Shown: one piece after another, positions 27,385 to 37,900 of the stretch
Layout: every line of letters starts with the position of its first letter
Numbering within the stretch: position 1 is the stretch's first letter
Assembly (NCBI GenBank): GCA_048882325.1
Contig: JBHLRS010000021.1
Location: 6,140-52,795, forward strand
DNA: 46,656 bases
DNA from: Candidatus Thorarchaeota archaeon
GTDB lineage: Archaea > Asgardarchaeota > Thorarchaeia > Thorarchaeales > Thorarchaeaceae
Direction: 5' to 3'
Notes under the pieces: model-generated
The model's input: the letters and a program-made list of their open reading frames with translations, nothing else
Database searches by the model: none
Told to the model about the DNA's origin: nothing
Translations under genes and position numbers: made by a program

Positions 27385-27780
27385 TCAAAGAACGACAAAG
27401 ATGGTAGCTAGCCATCCAATGACAATGAACAGTATTGCACATGGACTGCAGCCTTTGGTTCCACCACTCGAAGAGGAATCAGAGGACCCGTCATCGACTG
27501 GAGCAGGAGTTGCAGGTGCTACGGCATAGAAAGAGTCCGGTTTTGGTCCTTCCACAGGCTGACCTGGTCTGCCTTCATCTTGCGAAACGTCGTCTGTCTG
27601 TTTCTGTTGTGATATTGTGTCCTCACTTCTCTGCACTGATCCTTCACGTGTTTCACTCATTGGAGCGCCTAAACGAGATCTCTCGCTATCAACTGATAAC
27701 CGACCACAGCTTGGGCACACCCTCTCATTCTCAGGAATGGTGGCTCCACAGTTTTTGCACTTTCTTTCATGTAAACTCAA
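27385..27780 (-). CDS. Zinc-ribbon protein with disordered linker and C-terminal TM helix
   Basis: CKNCG..CPSCG; Ser/Pro-rich linker; hydrophobic tail; start TTG 27780 or GTG 27789. Confidence 0.75.
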   Translation of the reverse strand: MSLHERKCKNCGATIPENERVCPSCGRLSVDSERSRLGAPMSETREGSVQRSEDTISQQKQTDDVSQDEGRPGQPVEGPKPDSFYAVAPATPAPVDDGSSDSSSSGGTKGCSPCAILFIVIGWLATIFVVL

Positions 27781-27950
27781 TCTCTTCACTCCTAATTATT
27801 TGCAAGGATGGAAAAATGTAGCAAACAAGAGAGAAAAAGTTACTGTTTGTAAATAATACATAGACCAGAATTGCTCACTCACAGATGAATGATTGTCATC
27901 ATCAGCAAACTTATATGCAAATGATGCTTATGGTGATAATGGTGACAAAT

Positions 27951-28253
27951 ATGACAAATCATGAGACAAATAACGATGATAATGAAGTACGCGATCGAAT
28001 GCGGAAGAGATTCCTAGAGCTGGATGAACAGCAACGAAAGAGGGAGGAGGCAAGTGGAGCTTGGGTCTTTGTCCTCTACATTGGATTCCTCATCACGTTC
28101 ATTGGCGTGTTCTTGATGGCACTCTTCCTGGGCATCATTCCCTTAACACTGGAGATACTCATCTCAACAGGAGTGATTCTCATTGGAGTCTTCTTCATGG
28201 CCATAGCGGTCTTTATCAGGAGAGCACCTAACCTCGTCCTCTCCGAGATGTGA
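27951..28253 (+). CDS. Small two-TM membrane protein
   Basis: Charged N-terminus then two hydrophobic helices; GGTGA upstream of ATG 27951. Confidence 0.7.
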   Translation: MTNHETNNDDNEVRDRMRKRFLELDEQQRKREEASGAWVFVLYIGFLITFIGVFLMALFLGIIPLTLEILISTGVILIGVFFMAIAVFIRRAPNLVLSEM

Positions 28254-28279
28254 ACCAATGCTGATAAGAGGGTGATCGA

Positions 28280-28660
28280 GTGACTGATGTTACAATACGA
28301 GGCATAGACGACAACGTCTATAGCCTTTTTTCAGCAGAGGCGAGACGGAGAAGCGTTCCGATAGGAGAGCTGGTGACGCAGGTGATGCGCATCTTTCTCG
28401 AGGAAACAAGTGAGAAGCGGTTCACTATTGAAGGAATGGATGAACTGACCCTGTCGCGGCCAGAGCTAGAGTCAGTAGGTGGACCAATTGCATTCAATGG
28501 TATCAAGACCCTAATAATCAACGATGACATTGACTGGGAGTTGTTCGACAAGTATGTCGATGAGATACGGAAGTCCAAGACAGTGGTCATCCCTAAATCC
28601 TTGACCAAACTACAAGTCCTGACAAAATGCAGGAATGTCGACAAGATCGTACAAGAGTAA
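28280..28660 (+). CDS. Hypothetical protein with N-terminal ribbon-helix-helix-like segment
   Basis: TDVTIRGIDDNVYSLFSAEARRRSVPIGELVTQVMR resembles FitA/Arc-type RHH; GGTGA RBS. Confidence 0.7.
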   Translation: MTDVTIRGIDDNVYSLFSAEARRRSVPIGELVTQVMRIFLEETSEKRFTIEGMDELTLSRPELESVGGPIAFNGIKTLIINDDIDWELFDKYVDEIRKSKTVVIPKSLTKLQVLTKCRNVDKIVQE

Positions 28661-28668
28661 CGGAGAAG

Positions 28669-28788
28669 ATGCAAGTGAAAGCGATGGTGTACGAAAGGTA
28701 CGGACCACCTGAGGTGATTGGAGAGGTAAGGAAACCAACTCCAAAAGCTGAAGAACTCGTTGGTGAGATTTTCACAAAGTCGACCTAG
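28669..28788 (+). pseudogene. N-terminal remnant of an MDR-family NAD(P)-dependent alcohol dehydrogenase/quinone oxidoreductase
   Basis: [31 protein letters not shown]..* resembles the family start [32 protein letters not shown]; stops after 39 aa. Confidence 0.72.
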
Positions 28789-28859
28789 TCATGTTCCTAC
28801 TTGGATGTGGCTTAATCTCATACAAGTCGTGAAGGAAGGGATTTCCATGTTTGCTTGCA

Positions 28860-30179
28860 TCATGGGATTTTCTTTCGGAACTGCTTCTCGATCAGAGCTG
28901 TAGCTTCTTCAGGGAGTGGTCTCACTCCTCGTGCGAAACCATCAAACAATAGAGGGACCACACTCAGCACATAGACCATAGAAAGTGGTACCATTAGTAG
29001 TGCCCCAAGAGGTGTAAGACCATAGGCTATGGATATTAGAGTGATAGCAGTGGTTCCAAGAATTGCGATTATGATGACTAAGAAATCGATCGATCTGCGT
29101 TGCTTGAACTCGTTGTGAGTGAACCTGAATGACTCATCATGACGTTTCGCTAGATCGTATTCTCGACCAGATTTTCGCTGTGTGCCCAACGAGAGAATCA
29201 TCGCTATTCCAAAAGGTAGGACAAAATCAAGTACGAAGAGCAGGTAGTACTGTCTTGCTGCATTATAGACATAGACAATGGCACTCAACAGCAGACAAAT
29301 GACCCAGACACCTGAAACGAAGAAGAGGACACTGAAGTCAAGCCGAGAGAATGTGCCCCAGTCAGTTTCAACATACTGTAACGTTTCAGACGCGCGACCG
29401 ACATCAGTTATTTGTAGGATATCATTCCTGTCAAATCCTAATGCTTTGCAGGCAAGGGATAATGATCTCTCCAGGCCACTGTTTAACTGAAGCACAGCCT
29501 GCAATGTCAGAAGAGCTTGCTCATCTCTGTCAACTCGAATACGACGGACCAAGGGGATTATGACACTATAGATACTCCCTATGCCAACCTCACCACGGGT
29601 CTGACCCATCTCATTGAATTGCTCTGTTTTGGGTCTATTCTTTGCTTTCAGTGTATCATAAAGCCAGCAGATCAACATGAATGACATTGTACGCCAAACT
29701 GTGTCAACTAGCCCGAATATTTCAGGGTCTACAAGCGGTAATACTCCCAGAACGGTGAGAATCACTCCTGCAGAGAAAGTCGTGGAAATAACGACAGTTA
29801 GAGCAGCAGCCCCGTAGCCCCTCCAGCTCCATCTCAGCAATCTGAAGTAGATGAGTGAGAGAAGGAAGATCATGGAGAGGTACCCAAGAAATTCTGCAGA
29901 TGCAATGACGAGATACGTCAGGGATTCTGTTGAGGGTATAGCTATTCCAATGAATAGTGCTACACCGATGATACCAAAACCGGTAATCAAAGGAAACAGG
30001 GCAAGAATCCAGACCAACAGACGTCCACCAAGTCTGGCTGGGGGCCAAGGACCGAGAAGTCCTTTATCATAGAGTGTATGTATTGCCAGCCAGAACAGGA
30101 CACCAATGATGGCGATCTCGACAAACCTGTCAAGAATTATGGGATTAATGTCAGTAATCTGCACGCCTACGACCTCCAT
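28860..30179 (-). CDS. Polytopic membrane protein, unknown function
   Basis: 439 aa, ~9 hydrophobic segments; start overlaps the stop of the upstream gene. Confidence 0.75.
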   Translation of the reverse strand: MEVVGVQITDINPIILDRFVEIAIIGVLFWLAIHTLYDKGLLGPWPPARLGGRLLVWILALFPLITGFGIIGVALFIGIAIPSTESLTYLVIASAEFLGYLSMIFLLSLIYFRLLRWSWRGYGAAALTVVISTTFSAGVILTVLGVLPLVDPEIFGLVDTVWRTMSFMLICWLYDTLKAKNRPKTEQFNEMGQTRGEVGIGSIYSVIIPLVRRIRVDRDEQALLTLQAVLQLNSGLERSLSLACKALGFDRNDILQITDVGRASETLQYVETDWGTFSRLDFSVLFFVSGVWVICLLLSAIVYVYNAARQYYLLFVLDFVLPFGIAMILSLGTQRKSGREYDLAKRHDESFRFTHNEFKQRRSIDFLVIIIAILGTTAITLISIAYGLTPLGALLMVPLSMVYVLSVVPLLFDGFARGVRPLPEEATALIEKQFRKKIP

Positions 30180-31093
30180 TGAGTGTCAGCACGGGGTTGG
30201 AGGAGTGCCTCTCGAATCTCAAGTTCATCCCCTGTGAGATAGGTCCGTCCGGTATACTCAAGGTCGCTATATGTGTCGAGAACGAGGACTCGAATCGGAT
30301 GAGCATACCCTAGTTTGATTAGAGCAAGTACATCCTTTACACTACGCTCAGATGAGAGTTGACTAGCGATGTGCGGCGCATTTGAGTCTGTCAGCTCTGA
30401 CTCTTGCTTCTCAAGGTTGCGAAGTTTACGTCGAGAATTGAGTAGAATTCCTACTCCTAGGAGTAGCAGGAAGAGCCCAAGCAGAGGAAAGAAAGGGCCT
30501 CCTGATGCGGAGAATAATGATAACAACACGAAAAGAGGCAAAGTGATAAGACCGCCTAGTAGGGCCAATGCTCCCGCAAAGGCTGTGATTGATGCAGTGT
30601 ACTTCTCACTCTGTCGCTTCATTCTTGCCAGTGTTTCTGGAGCCCAATCTAGACCTTGGAGCCGGGATAGAAGAGTTCTAGGACCTAGTGCCACAAAGAG
30701 GGGGAGATACTGGAACTCCTCAGGACACTTTGGACTGATGATGGGTTTAACGTTGTCAATTCCATGGTTTGCTAACTCTAGGGCTGTGATTGACAGTGAA
30801 ACTTGGAATCTCCTCAGACCAACAAATGAGTAGGTCTGTCTGAAATAGAGCCACACAATTATCCCTGGAATCAGTAGACAAATGCCAACAAGTGTTCCAA
30901 GAAGTGAGTATTCAGTAGGTACTGGATGGTTCCCAGGAAATATGAAGGATATCATAAGGAAAATGAATGATAAGAACGTCACAAAACCGCCTGGCACAAT
31001 GGCTGGGTCAACGTAGCGCTGCTCGGGATATGCCTTGTATTCACAATCCTTTATTCTTTTGATGACCTTCTCATCTGCAGTACTCAAGGACAC
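30167..31093 (-). CDS. Membrane protein (4 TM), unknown function
   Basis: 308 aa, two TM hairpins with soluble linkers; GGGAG upstream of GTG. Confidence 0.75.
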   Translation of the reverse strand: MSLSTADEKVIKRIKDCEYKAYPEQRYVDPAIVPGGFVTFLSFIFLMISFIFPGNHPVPTEYSLLGTLVGICLLIPGIIVWLYFRQTYSFVGLRRFQVSLSITALELANHGIDNVKPIISPKCPEEFQYLPLFVALGPRTLLSRLQGLDWAPETLARMKRQSEKYTASITAFAGALALLGGLITLPLFVLLSLFSASGGPFFPLLGLFLLLLGVGILLNSRRKLRNLEKQESELTDSNAPHIASQLSSERSVKDVLALIKLGYAHPIRVLVLDTYSDLEYTGRTYLTGDELEIREALLQPRADTQWRS

Positions 31094-31227
31094 GATTCTC
31101 CCGCCAACGGGAATTTGATGTCCTTTGCAGGATATAAGGTATACGAGGAGAAATAAGAGATGCTGGGATCTGAGCTGCTCTCAAAACTAGTGTTGAAGTG
31201 AGAGCGGCTCACTCCGTTTTTCGATGT

Positions 31228-31770
31228 TTACACATTCTGAGCTCCTGAGAGACTGGAGATCTTCTCAGTGAACTCTTCTACCAGTTTCTTTGCTTCTTTT
31301 ACAAGTGACTCCGAGTAGTTTTCACTGAGGTTCTTTAGTAGCGCAAATCCAGCCTTTCTCATTTGGTACCAGCTCTCAACCAGCTCTGAAGCAGCTTCTG
31401 GTACCGGTGATGGCCAGTCGAACCATTGGAACTGTGGGCCAAAGAATCGAGTGCCCTGTTTCTCCATCTGTTCCTCGTGTTCTTTGATGTACTCCTTTCC
31501 TGCATCAGTCAAGGCATACCTTCGAACACCAGCCTCAGAGTCAGAGGTCTCCGCAGTGTAGCCAGAGTCTAGGAGCCAAGAGAGTAGTGGATAGATTGAT
31601 CCAGGACTTGGTCGCCATCGTTTGTTCGTCTGCTCTTCGATTTCACGAATGAGTTCCGCACCAGACATCGGTTTCTCACTCAGTAGTTTCAGAACACGAT
31701 ATCTCAGGAATCCCTTTGGTACTCTGGAAAACCGCCTACTCCAGTGATGGTGCCTTCTTGAACTGCACAT
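31228..31770 (-). CDS. PadR family transcriptional regulator
   Basis: GFLRYRVLKLLSEKPMSGAELIREI..WRPSPGSIYPLL..RRYALTDAG; GGAGGTG RBS at 31782-31788. Confidence 0.93.
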   Translation of the reverse strand: MCSSRRHHHWSRRFSRVPKGFLRYRVLKLLSEKPMSGAELIREIEEQTNKRWRPSPGSIYPLLSWLLDSGYTAETSDSEAGVRRYALTDAGKEYIKEHEEQMEKQGTRFFGPQFQWFDWPSPVPEAASELVESWYQMRKAGFALLKNLSENYSESLVKEAKKLVEEFTEKISSLSGAQNV

Positions 31771-31810
31771 GATTTGTTTTTCACCTCCGTTCTATTGGTA
31801 TAATTATCAT

Positions 31811-31843
31811 TAGTGATATCACTATTGATATCTATAGTGATAT
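31811..31843. promoter_or_regulatory. Overlapping palindromes upstream of PadR, probable operator
   Basis: TAGTGATATCACTA (31811-31824) and ATATCACTAT-N8-ATAGTGATAT (31816-31843); GATAT at 12-bp period. Confidence 0.65.
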
Positions 31844-31917
31844 AAAGCTTAGTACAGGTACAATGACCAACGCCTTCATGAGTGACTATGGGTAGTTTGG
31901 GAATGGTCCTAGATGAA

Positions 31918-34900
31918 TCACTTTTCTCTCCGATGGATTCTGATGTTTCCTCCTTCCAAGTATCCATATGGATTGAAGCCAGCTTCATGCCATAGAAGTC
32001 CATTTTCGTCATAGACTCTCATTTGGAATACGTCTTCTTCACCGGTGCAATCATTGTCCCATGCGTCTACTTTGATGACATGATTTTCAGCACTCCAAAG
32101 ACACTCGAATGTCTTGAAGTTGAACTGTAGGATAGATACTGTGGCCTCAAAGTATGCATGATTATCAACTATTGCTAAGCCTATCCATTCGTTGCTCTTG
32201 ATGATGACTAACCAGTCACCATCCCTGTATATGTAGATGAAGCGACCGGTCAAGGTTCCGTCTGATTTGTACTTGACGACGAAGCCAAAGTGTCCTTTGT
32301 GGCCGCTAGAGTCCAAAATCCATCCGCCGCCAGTCACAAAGTCCCCAGATGGCTCATAAATTGTGAGCGTGACCGTTTCTGAGTCTGGACCTTGATAGTA
32401 GTCATTGTGATCAGCTTCGAAACTGACTACTATGAGGTAGGTTCCTGCGGGGAGGTTAGCTATTTCAATGAGAGCCACACCTACACCATCGACATCCGTG
32501 ACTCCTACCATGTGGGGACCTTCCACAAGAATGGGACTTTCTACGTCCATTTCATTTGAGTAAATTGTGAAGGTGATGTAAATCATGGTCAGGTCACCCC
32601 AGTGGCCATCGTCATCATCAAAGACTGTCGCTCTTAGTTCGAATGTTTCGAGAAGACTTGACACAACTGTAGAGCCAGTATAGCTAGCAGTAGCCTGCTC
32701 CTTCTCAAGTACAAAAGTAACCTCTGTCGAGGCGCTTAGATACACACCATCTGATTCGAATGTAGCAGTCAGCTGATAGACTCCTGCAGGCTGGTCTAGG
32801 ATGATCGTGGCACTTGCAAAACCGTCCGTTCCTGTCACAGCTGAGATGGTCTGTGCACCAACGACAAAGATCACAGTCCTACCCGCGAGTGGAAATCGGG
32901 TTGCAAGGTCAATGAGCTGAGCTTCCAAGGTGATGGAATCTGAGTAGTTTCCGGATGTATCACCACTGTAGATGACACCTGCTGCATTGACCACAACTGA
33001 GAGGGACTCAGTTGTCCCCTCATTGCCAGCCACATCGAAGCCGCGATATGAGATAGTGTGTGCTCCAATATCTGGTACGGTGAATGGGGACATGTATTGA
33101 ATCCATTCTCCCGAGTCTATGCGATACTCAATTCTATTGACACCAGAGGTTGTGTCTGTTGCCTCTAAAGCGAAATCAGTAGTCGTGGATACATAAGTTG
33201 GATCGAATCCATAGGAAGGTGTTCCAATGACGAGATCGGTTGTGGGAGCTGTCTTGTCAATATAGATCTCGATGGCCTGCGTCGATTCCATGTTTCCAAC
33301 ATTGTCTGTTGCGTTGAAGTAGACCGTTGTTAGTCCTTCAACAGACAATGTGAATGGACCTTCGTAATCGTTCCAGACGATTCCGTCCAAACTATATGCG
33401 ATCAGATTGACACCCATAATGTCATCTGTCGCGGTCAGAGTCACATCAACATCTGACACATACCAACCTGCCAGCCCTAAGACTCCATCCAACTCTGGAA
33501 CAGTGACAGGTGGTAGGATGTCTACCTCGACGGGAGCAACATTTGTAGTCTCAATATTACCCGCAACATCAACGGAATAGAAGAGGACATCCACGAGTCC
33601 TCCACTGCTCAAAGTGATAGGAGTGCTATAGGTCAGCCAGGTTATTCCATCAAGGCTGTACATTGTGTTGGCAACGCCAGAGAGTGAATCAGTGGCAGCC
33701 AGAGTCACTATAGAACCTAAGTCGGGTACCTGGACATAAGTCAAGGTAGTTTCAGGAGGGGTCTTGTCAATGAATAGTCGTACGACCCATTGGTCAATAT
33801 TGTTAGTCACATCAAATCCAAGTACATCTATCTTGTAGTTATCGTACTCTCCAGATATCGTGAGTAGTATCTCAGCTTTAGCAACACCTGAGAAATCATA
33901 GTATAGAGGTTCATACTGATCCTCCAATTTAATTAAGACATAATCCACTCCAGATAGCAAATCGGTTAGTGTCACATTCATAAGGACATCAGATGTATAC
34001 CACCCATTATCGCCAAGTGTGCCAGTCAGTTCAATAAGGCAATCAGGTGCAGTTCCATCAATCTTGAGTGAAAGGTACTCATTCGTTTCTTCGACATTTC
34101 CTGCAACATCTGTTGATCTATAGTAGATAGTATGATCTCCATCCTCGTAGAATAGAAATGGATCAGTGTAAACATACCATGTAACTAGGTCAAAGCTATA
34201 TTCTGTCAATGCCACTCCAGACAGTCCATCTGTGGCTGGAAATACGAACTCTACTGGTGCCTCGTACCACCAACCATGTGGAACACCTAGAAACGGAAAT
34301 ATTGTGACGGGAGCGGTTGTATCAATCATGAGTATCCGGTTCTCAAATTTGTTCCATCGGATGTCCTGGACCGTTACCTCTATGGTGATTTGACCATCAA
34401 TTGGAATATAGAAGGTAAACAGTTTGCTCTTAATGGACCCATCACCATGATAGACTTCAGATTCGAGGAAATCGCCAGAATAGACCATGCAATCTACGAA
34501 GTAGAGTCCTGATGCCGTATCAGTCACACTGATTGTCAGTGTGCCATCAGAGATATACCAGTCATTGAGACCAAGTATGCCGTCATAGCCAAACTGTCCT
34601 GCAGGATACTCCGTATCCTTCTTTGCTACATCATATTTGGTCTCTTCTACATTCCCCACACTGTCAGTGGAGTAGAAGTAAATCGTTGTTTCGCCCTCGG
34701 TCGTTACACGGAATGGTTCTGTATAGACAATCCAGTTCGTCAAGTCAGTGCTATAGACTGTTTCCACTACTGATGAGAAATCATCTGTGGCTGTCAGTGT
34801 GACTATGATGTTTCCGAAGAACCAGTCATCGATAGGCATGAGGTCTCCAAGTTCTTCTGAGAATGAGATGACCGTCACAGGAGGCGTGTTGTCTACGATT

Positions 34901-37900
34901 ATAGACTCCATGTTGATGGGGCCACTATTACCAGCAACATCAACTGAATAGTAGTAGACATCAACGATTCCTCCAGTCAATGTGAATTCTGATATGTATT
35001 GCACCCAAGTGACCATATCATCAATGCTGTATAGTATGTCAGCCACTCCTGAGGTTGCATCTGTGGCATCCAGGGTCACATTCACTCCTTCAGGTACTCT
35101 CTCAGTGGCAATTGTGGTTTCAGGTGATGTTGTGTCGATGCTAATGGAAATGGTTTCAGAATCCTGCTGTCCTGCATAATCATAGACATCAACTATTATT
35201 TGCAGATCTCCACTTTCCACAGTAATAGTATATGTGAAAACGTGTGAGTTTCCTGGCGAAGGAACTTCCTCATAATAGTCCAATGTTCCCTGATGATCCA
35301 CCACTGATAATGATGCCTGCAGGACTCCTGACACAGTATCCGAAACTGTGGCTGTTACCGTGACCACTGATATATACCATCCGTTAGTGCCCACAGTTCC
35401 AGAGATGTCAAGAGCTATTTCAGGCGGTGTCGTGTCAAGAATGAAGGAGTATGACTTTGCAGATTCCGTATTCCCGACCGCATCAATGGAGTAGTAATGG
35501 ACTATATTTTCGCCCTCTGTATAGATGTCGAACGGACCCGAATAAGTGCTCCAAGTTTCACCATCGAGGCTGTAGAATGATTCAGATATACCAGAGAGAG
35601 GATCACTGGGTATCAGAGTCACAGTTGCCTTGAAAAACAGATAGTTCTCAAACTCAAACTCTCCAACCACTGAGATCTCGGTACTTGGTGGCGTTTCGTC
35701 AATGTTGAGTGTGATTAGAGCGATCTCAGCTGTATTACCAGCTTGGTCAATGGCTGAAGGCACAGTCACATAGATTATGCCATCTACAGGGATGGGGATT
35801 GTAGTTTCGAAAGTCAAGACTCCATTGGGAATGAAATCACTAAGCTGCCAAGTGCCAGCTTCATCAATTAAAAGGTAATCGCCGCTTCCAATGCCTGATA
35901 CCCAGTCTGTCACATTGATTGTCACTGAAACAGCTGACGTATACCATCCATTGAGATCTGGTAGTCTTTCAGGTGTCAGTGTAATTTCTGGAGCTGTCTT
36001 GTCTAGATAGATCTCGTATGTTTTCGTAGTTTCCACATTTCCAGCAATGTCTGTTGAGTTGAACTGCAACGAAGTTACTCCTTCTAATGAAAAAGCAAAA
36101 GGTCCAGTGTATGTTGTCCAAGGAATACCATCGTAACGATAAGCAGTTGTAGCAATGTCAGATTCTCCATCAATGGCTGATAATGTTACAGTAACATCAG
36201 CAGAATACCAGCCATTGAAGTCAGGAACCCTATCCAAGCTCAAAGTAGTCGAGGGGAGCGTCTTGTCGATATAGATAGTCGTGATGTTATATGCATAGTT
36301 TGCTTCAAAATCGGGGGGCCAGTAAATTCCTGTGTTGTCACAAATCCATACTTCTACTGTATGAGGACCCTCTGTGGTGAAGGTGTGACGAAATTCCAAA
36401 TCCAAATTATAATGCAAGTCAGGATCTATGATTCGACCTTCTTGGATTGTCCCACCATCAATTCGGTAGTACATCACATAACCAGTTGCGTCACCTACAT
36501 CAACAAGACCCGACAGAGCATCACTTGCTTCAGCTGTTACGAGGACATTCGATGAATACCAGTTATTCGTACCTGTTGTACCACTGAATATTACAGTCAA
36601 CTCTGGCGGTGTTTGATCAATGCCGAAGGTCACCTCATGAACAGTTTCTGAGTTCCCAGCCATATCAATTGAGTACCATTCCAAAATATGGACACCTTCA
36701 GTGGTGATAGTTTGTAATGGAACCCGTCCTTGAAACTCAGGATACAATATCCATGGGTCTCCGACCAACCAGGGGTCAATCTGTTCCAGGTTCAGGTATT
36801 GCCAAGGACCACCATCAATTCTATACATCACTCCATATAGAGGAGGATAGACTGAGTCATCAATAAGTGCAAATCCAGACAATGCATCTGATGAGAACTC
36901 CCAGTCGTAACATATTGTGACTGGATCGTTAGTCCATCCAAATGGGTCATTGCCATTATAGCCCCAATCATCAGTTTCCAGTGTCATCACTGTTTCTGGA
37001 GCAGTCATATCTATCCAGAAGCGTGTAAAGTTGGATGCACAATTCGCAGTCATATCGGGTGGTATGTAGTAGCCTGTGGAGTCGCAGACCCAAGCCTCGA
37101 ATGTATGGACACCTTCTGAGGTGAAAGTATAACTGAAGTCCAAAGACATTGGGGAGTCAATATCAAGCAAGCGACCACTCTGGTATCCACCACCATCTAT
37201 TCGATAGTAGAACTCGAAACCAAATCCATCACCCACATCAACCAAGCCTGAAAGTGTGTCACTAGCTTCAATGGTCACAATAACATTAGATGAAAACCAA
37301 TGATCAGTGATTGAGGTCCCAGTAATAATCACTTCCAACTCAGGTGCGGTCAAATCTATTCCAAAGATCACTTCATGGGTGGATTCAGTATTACCAGCCA
37401 TATCTATCGAATACCATTCTAAAGTATGGATTCCTTCACTATTGATTGTCTCTAAAGGAACCCGGCCTTGAAACTCAGGATACAATATCCATGGGTCTCC
37501 GACCAACCAGGGGTCAATCTGTTCCAGGTTCAGGTATTGCCAAGGACCACCATCAATTCTATACATCACTCCATATAGAGGAGGATAGACCGAGTCATCA
37601 ATAAGTGCAAATCCAGACAATGCATCTGATGAGAACTCCCAGTCGTAACATAGTGTCACGGGGTCGTTAGTCCAGTCAAAAAGATCCCTGGCATTATTGT
37701 TCCAATCACCGGTTTCTAGTATCATCGATGTTTCAGGAGCTGTCTTGTCAATCTTGAAAACTAACTCATCGGTGATCCAGTTACCTGCGACATCAGAAAC
37801 ATTCATCCAAGCCCAAAGTTCTCCACTCTCTATGGAGGTTGTAAGTATGAACTCAGCACTATCTAATCCATTATAGTAGGTTTCCTCGAGGATATACTCA

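Noticed and set aside
28280-28788. RHH gene plus downstream mini-ORF as a toxin-antitoxin pair
   Set aside because: The downstream 39-aa ORF is a dehydrogenase N-terminal relic, not a PIN/RelE-type toxin
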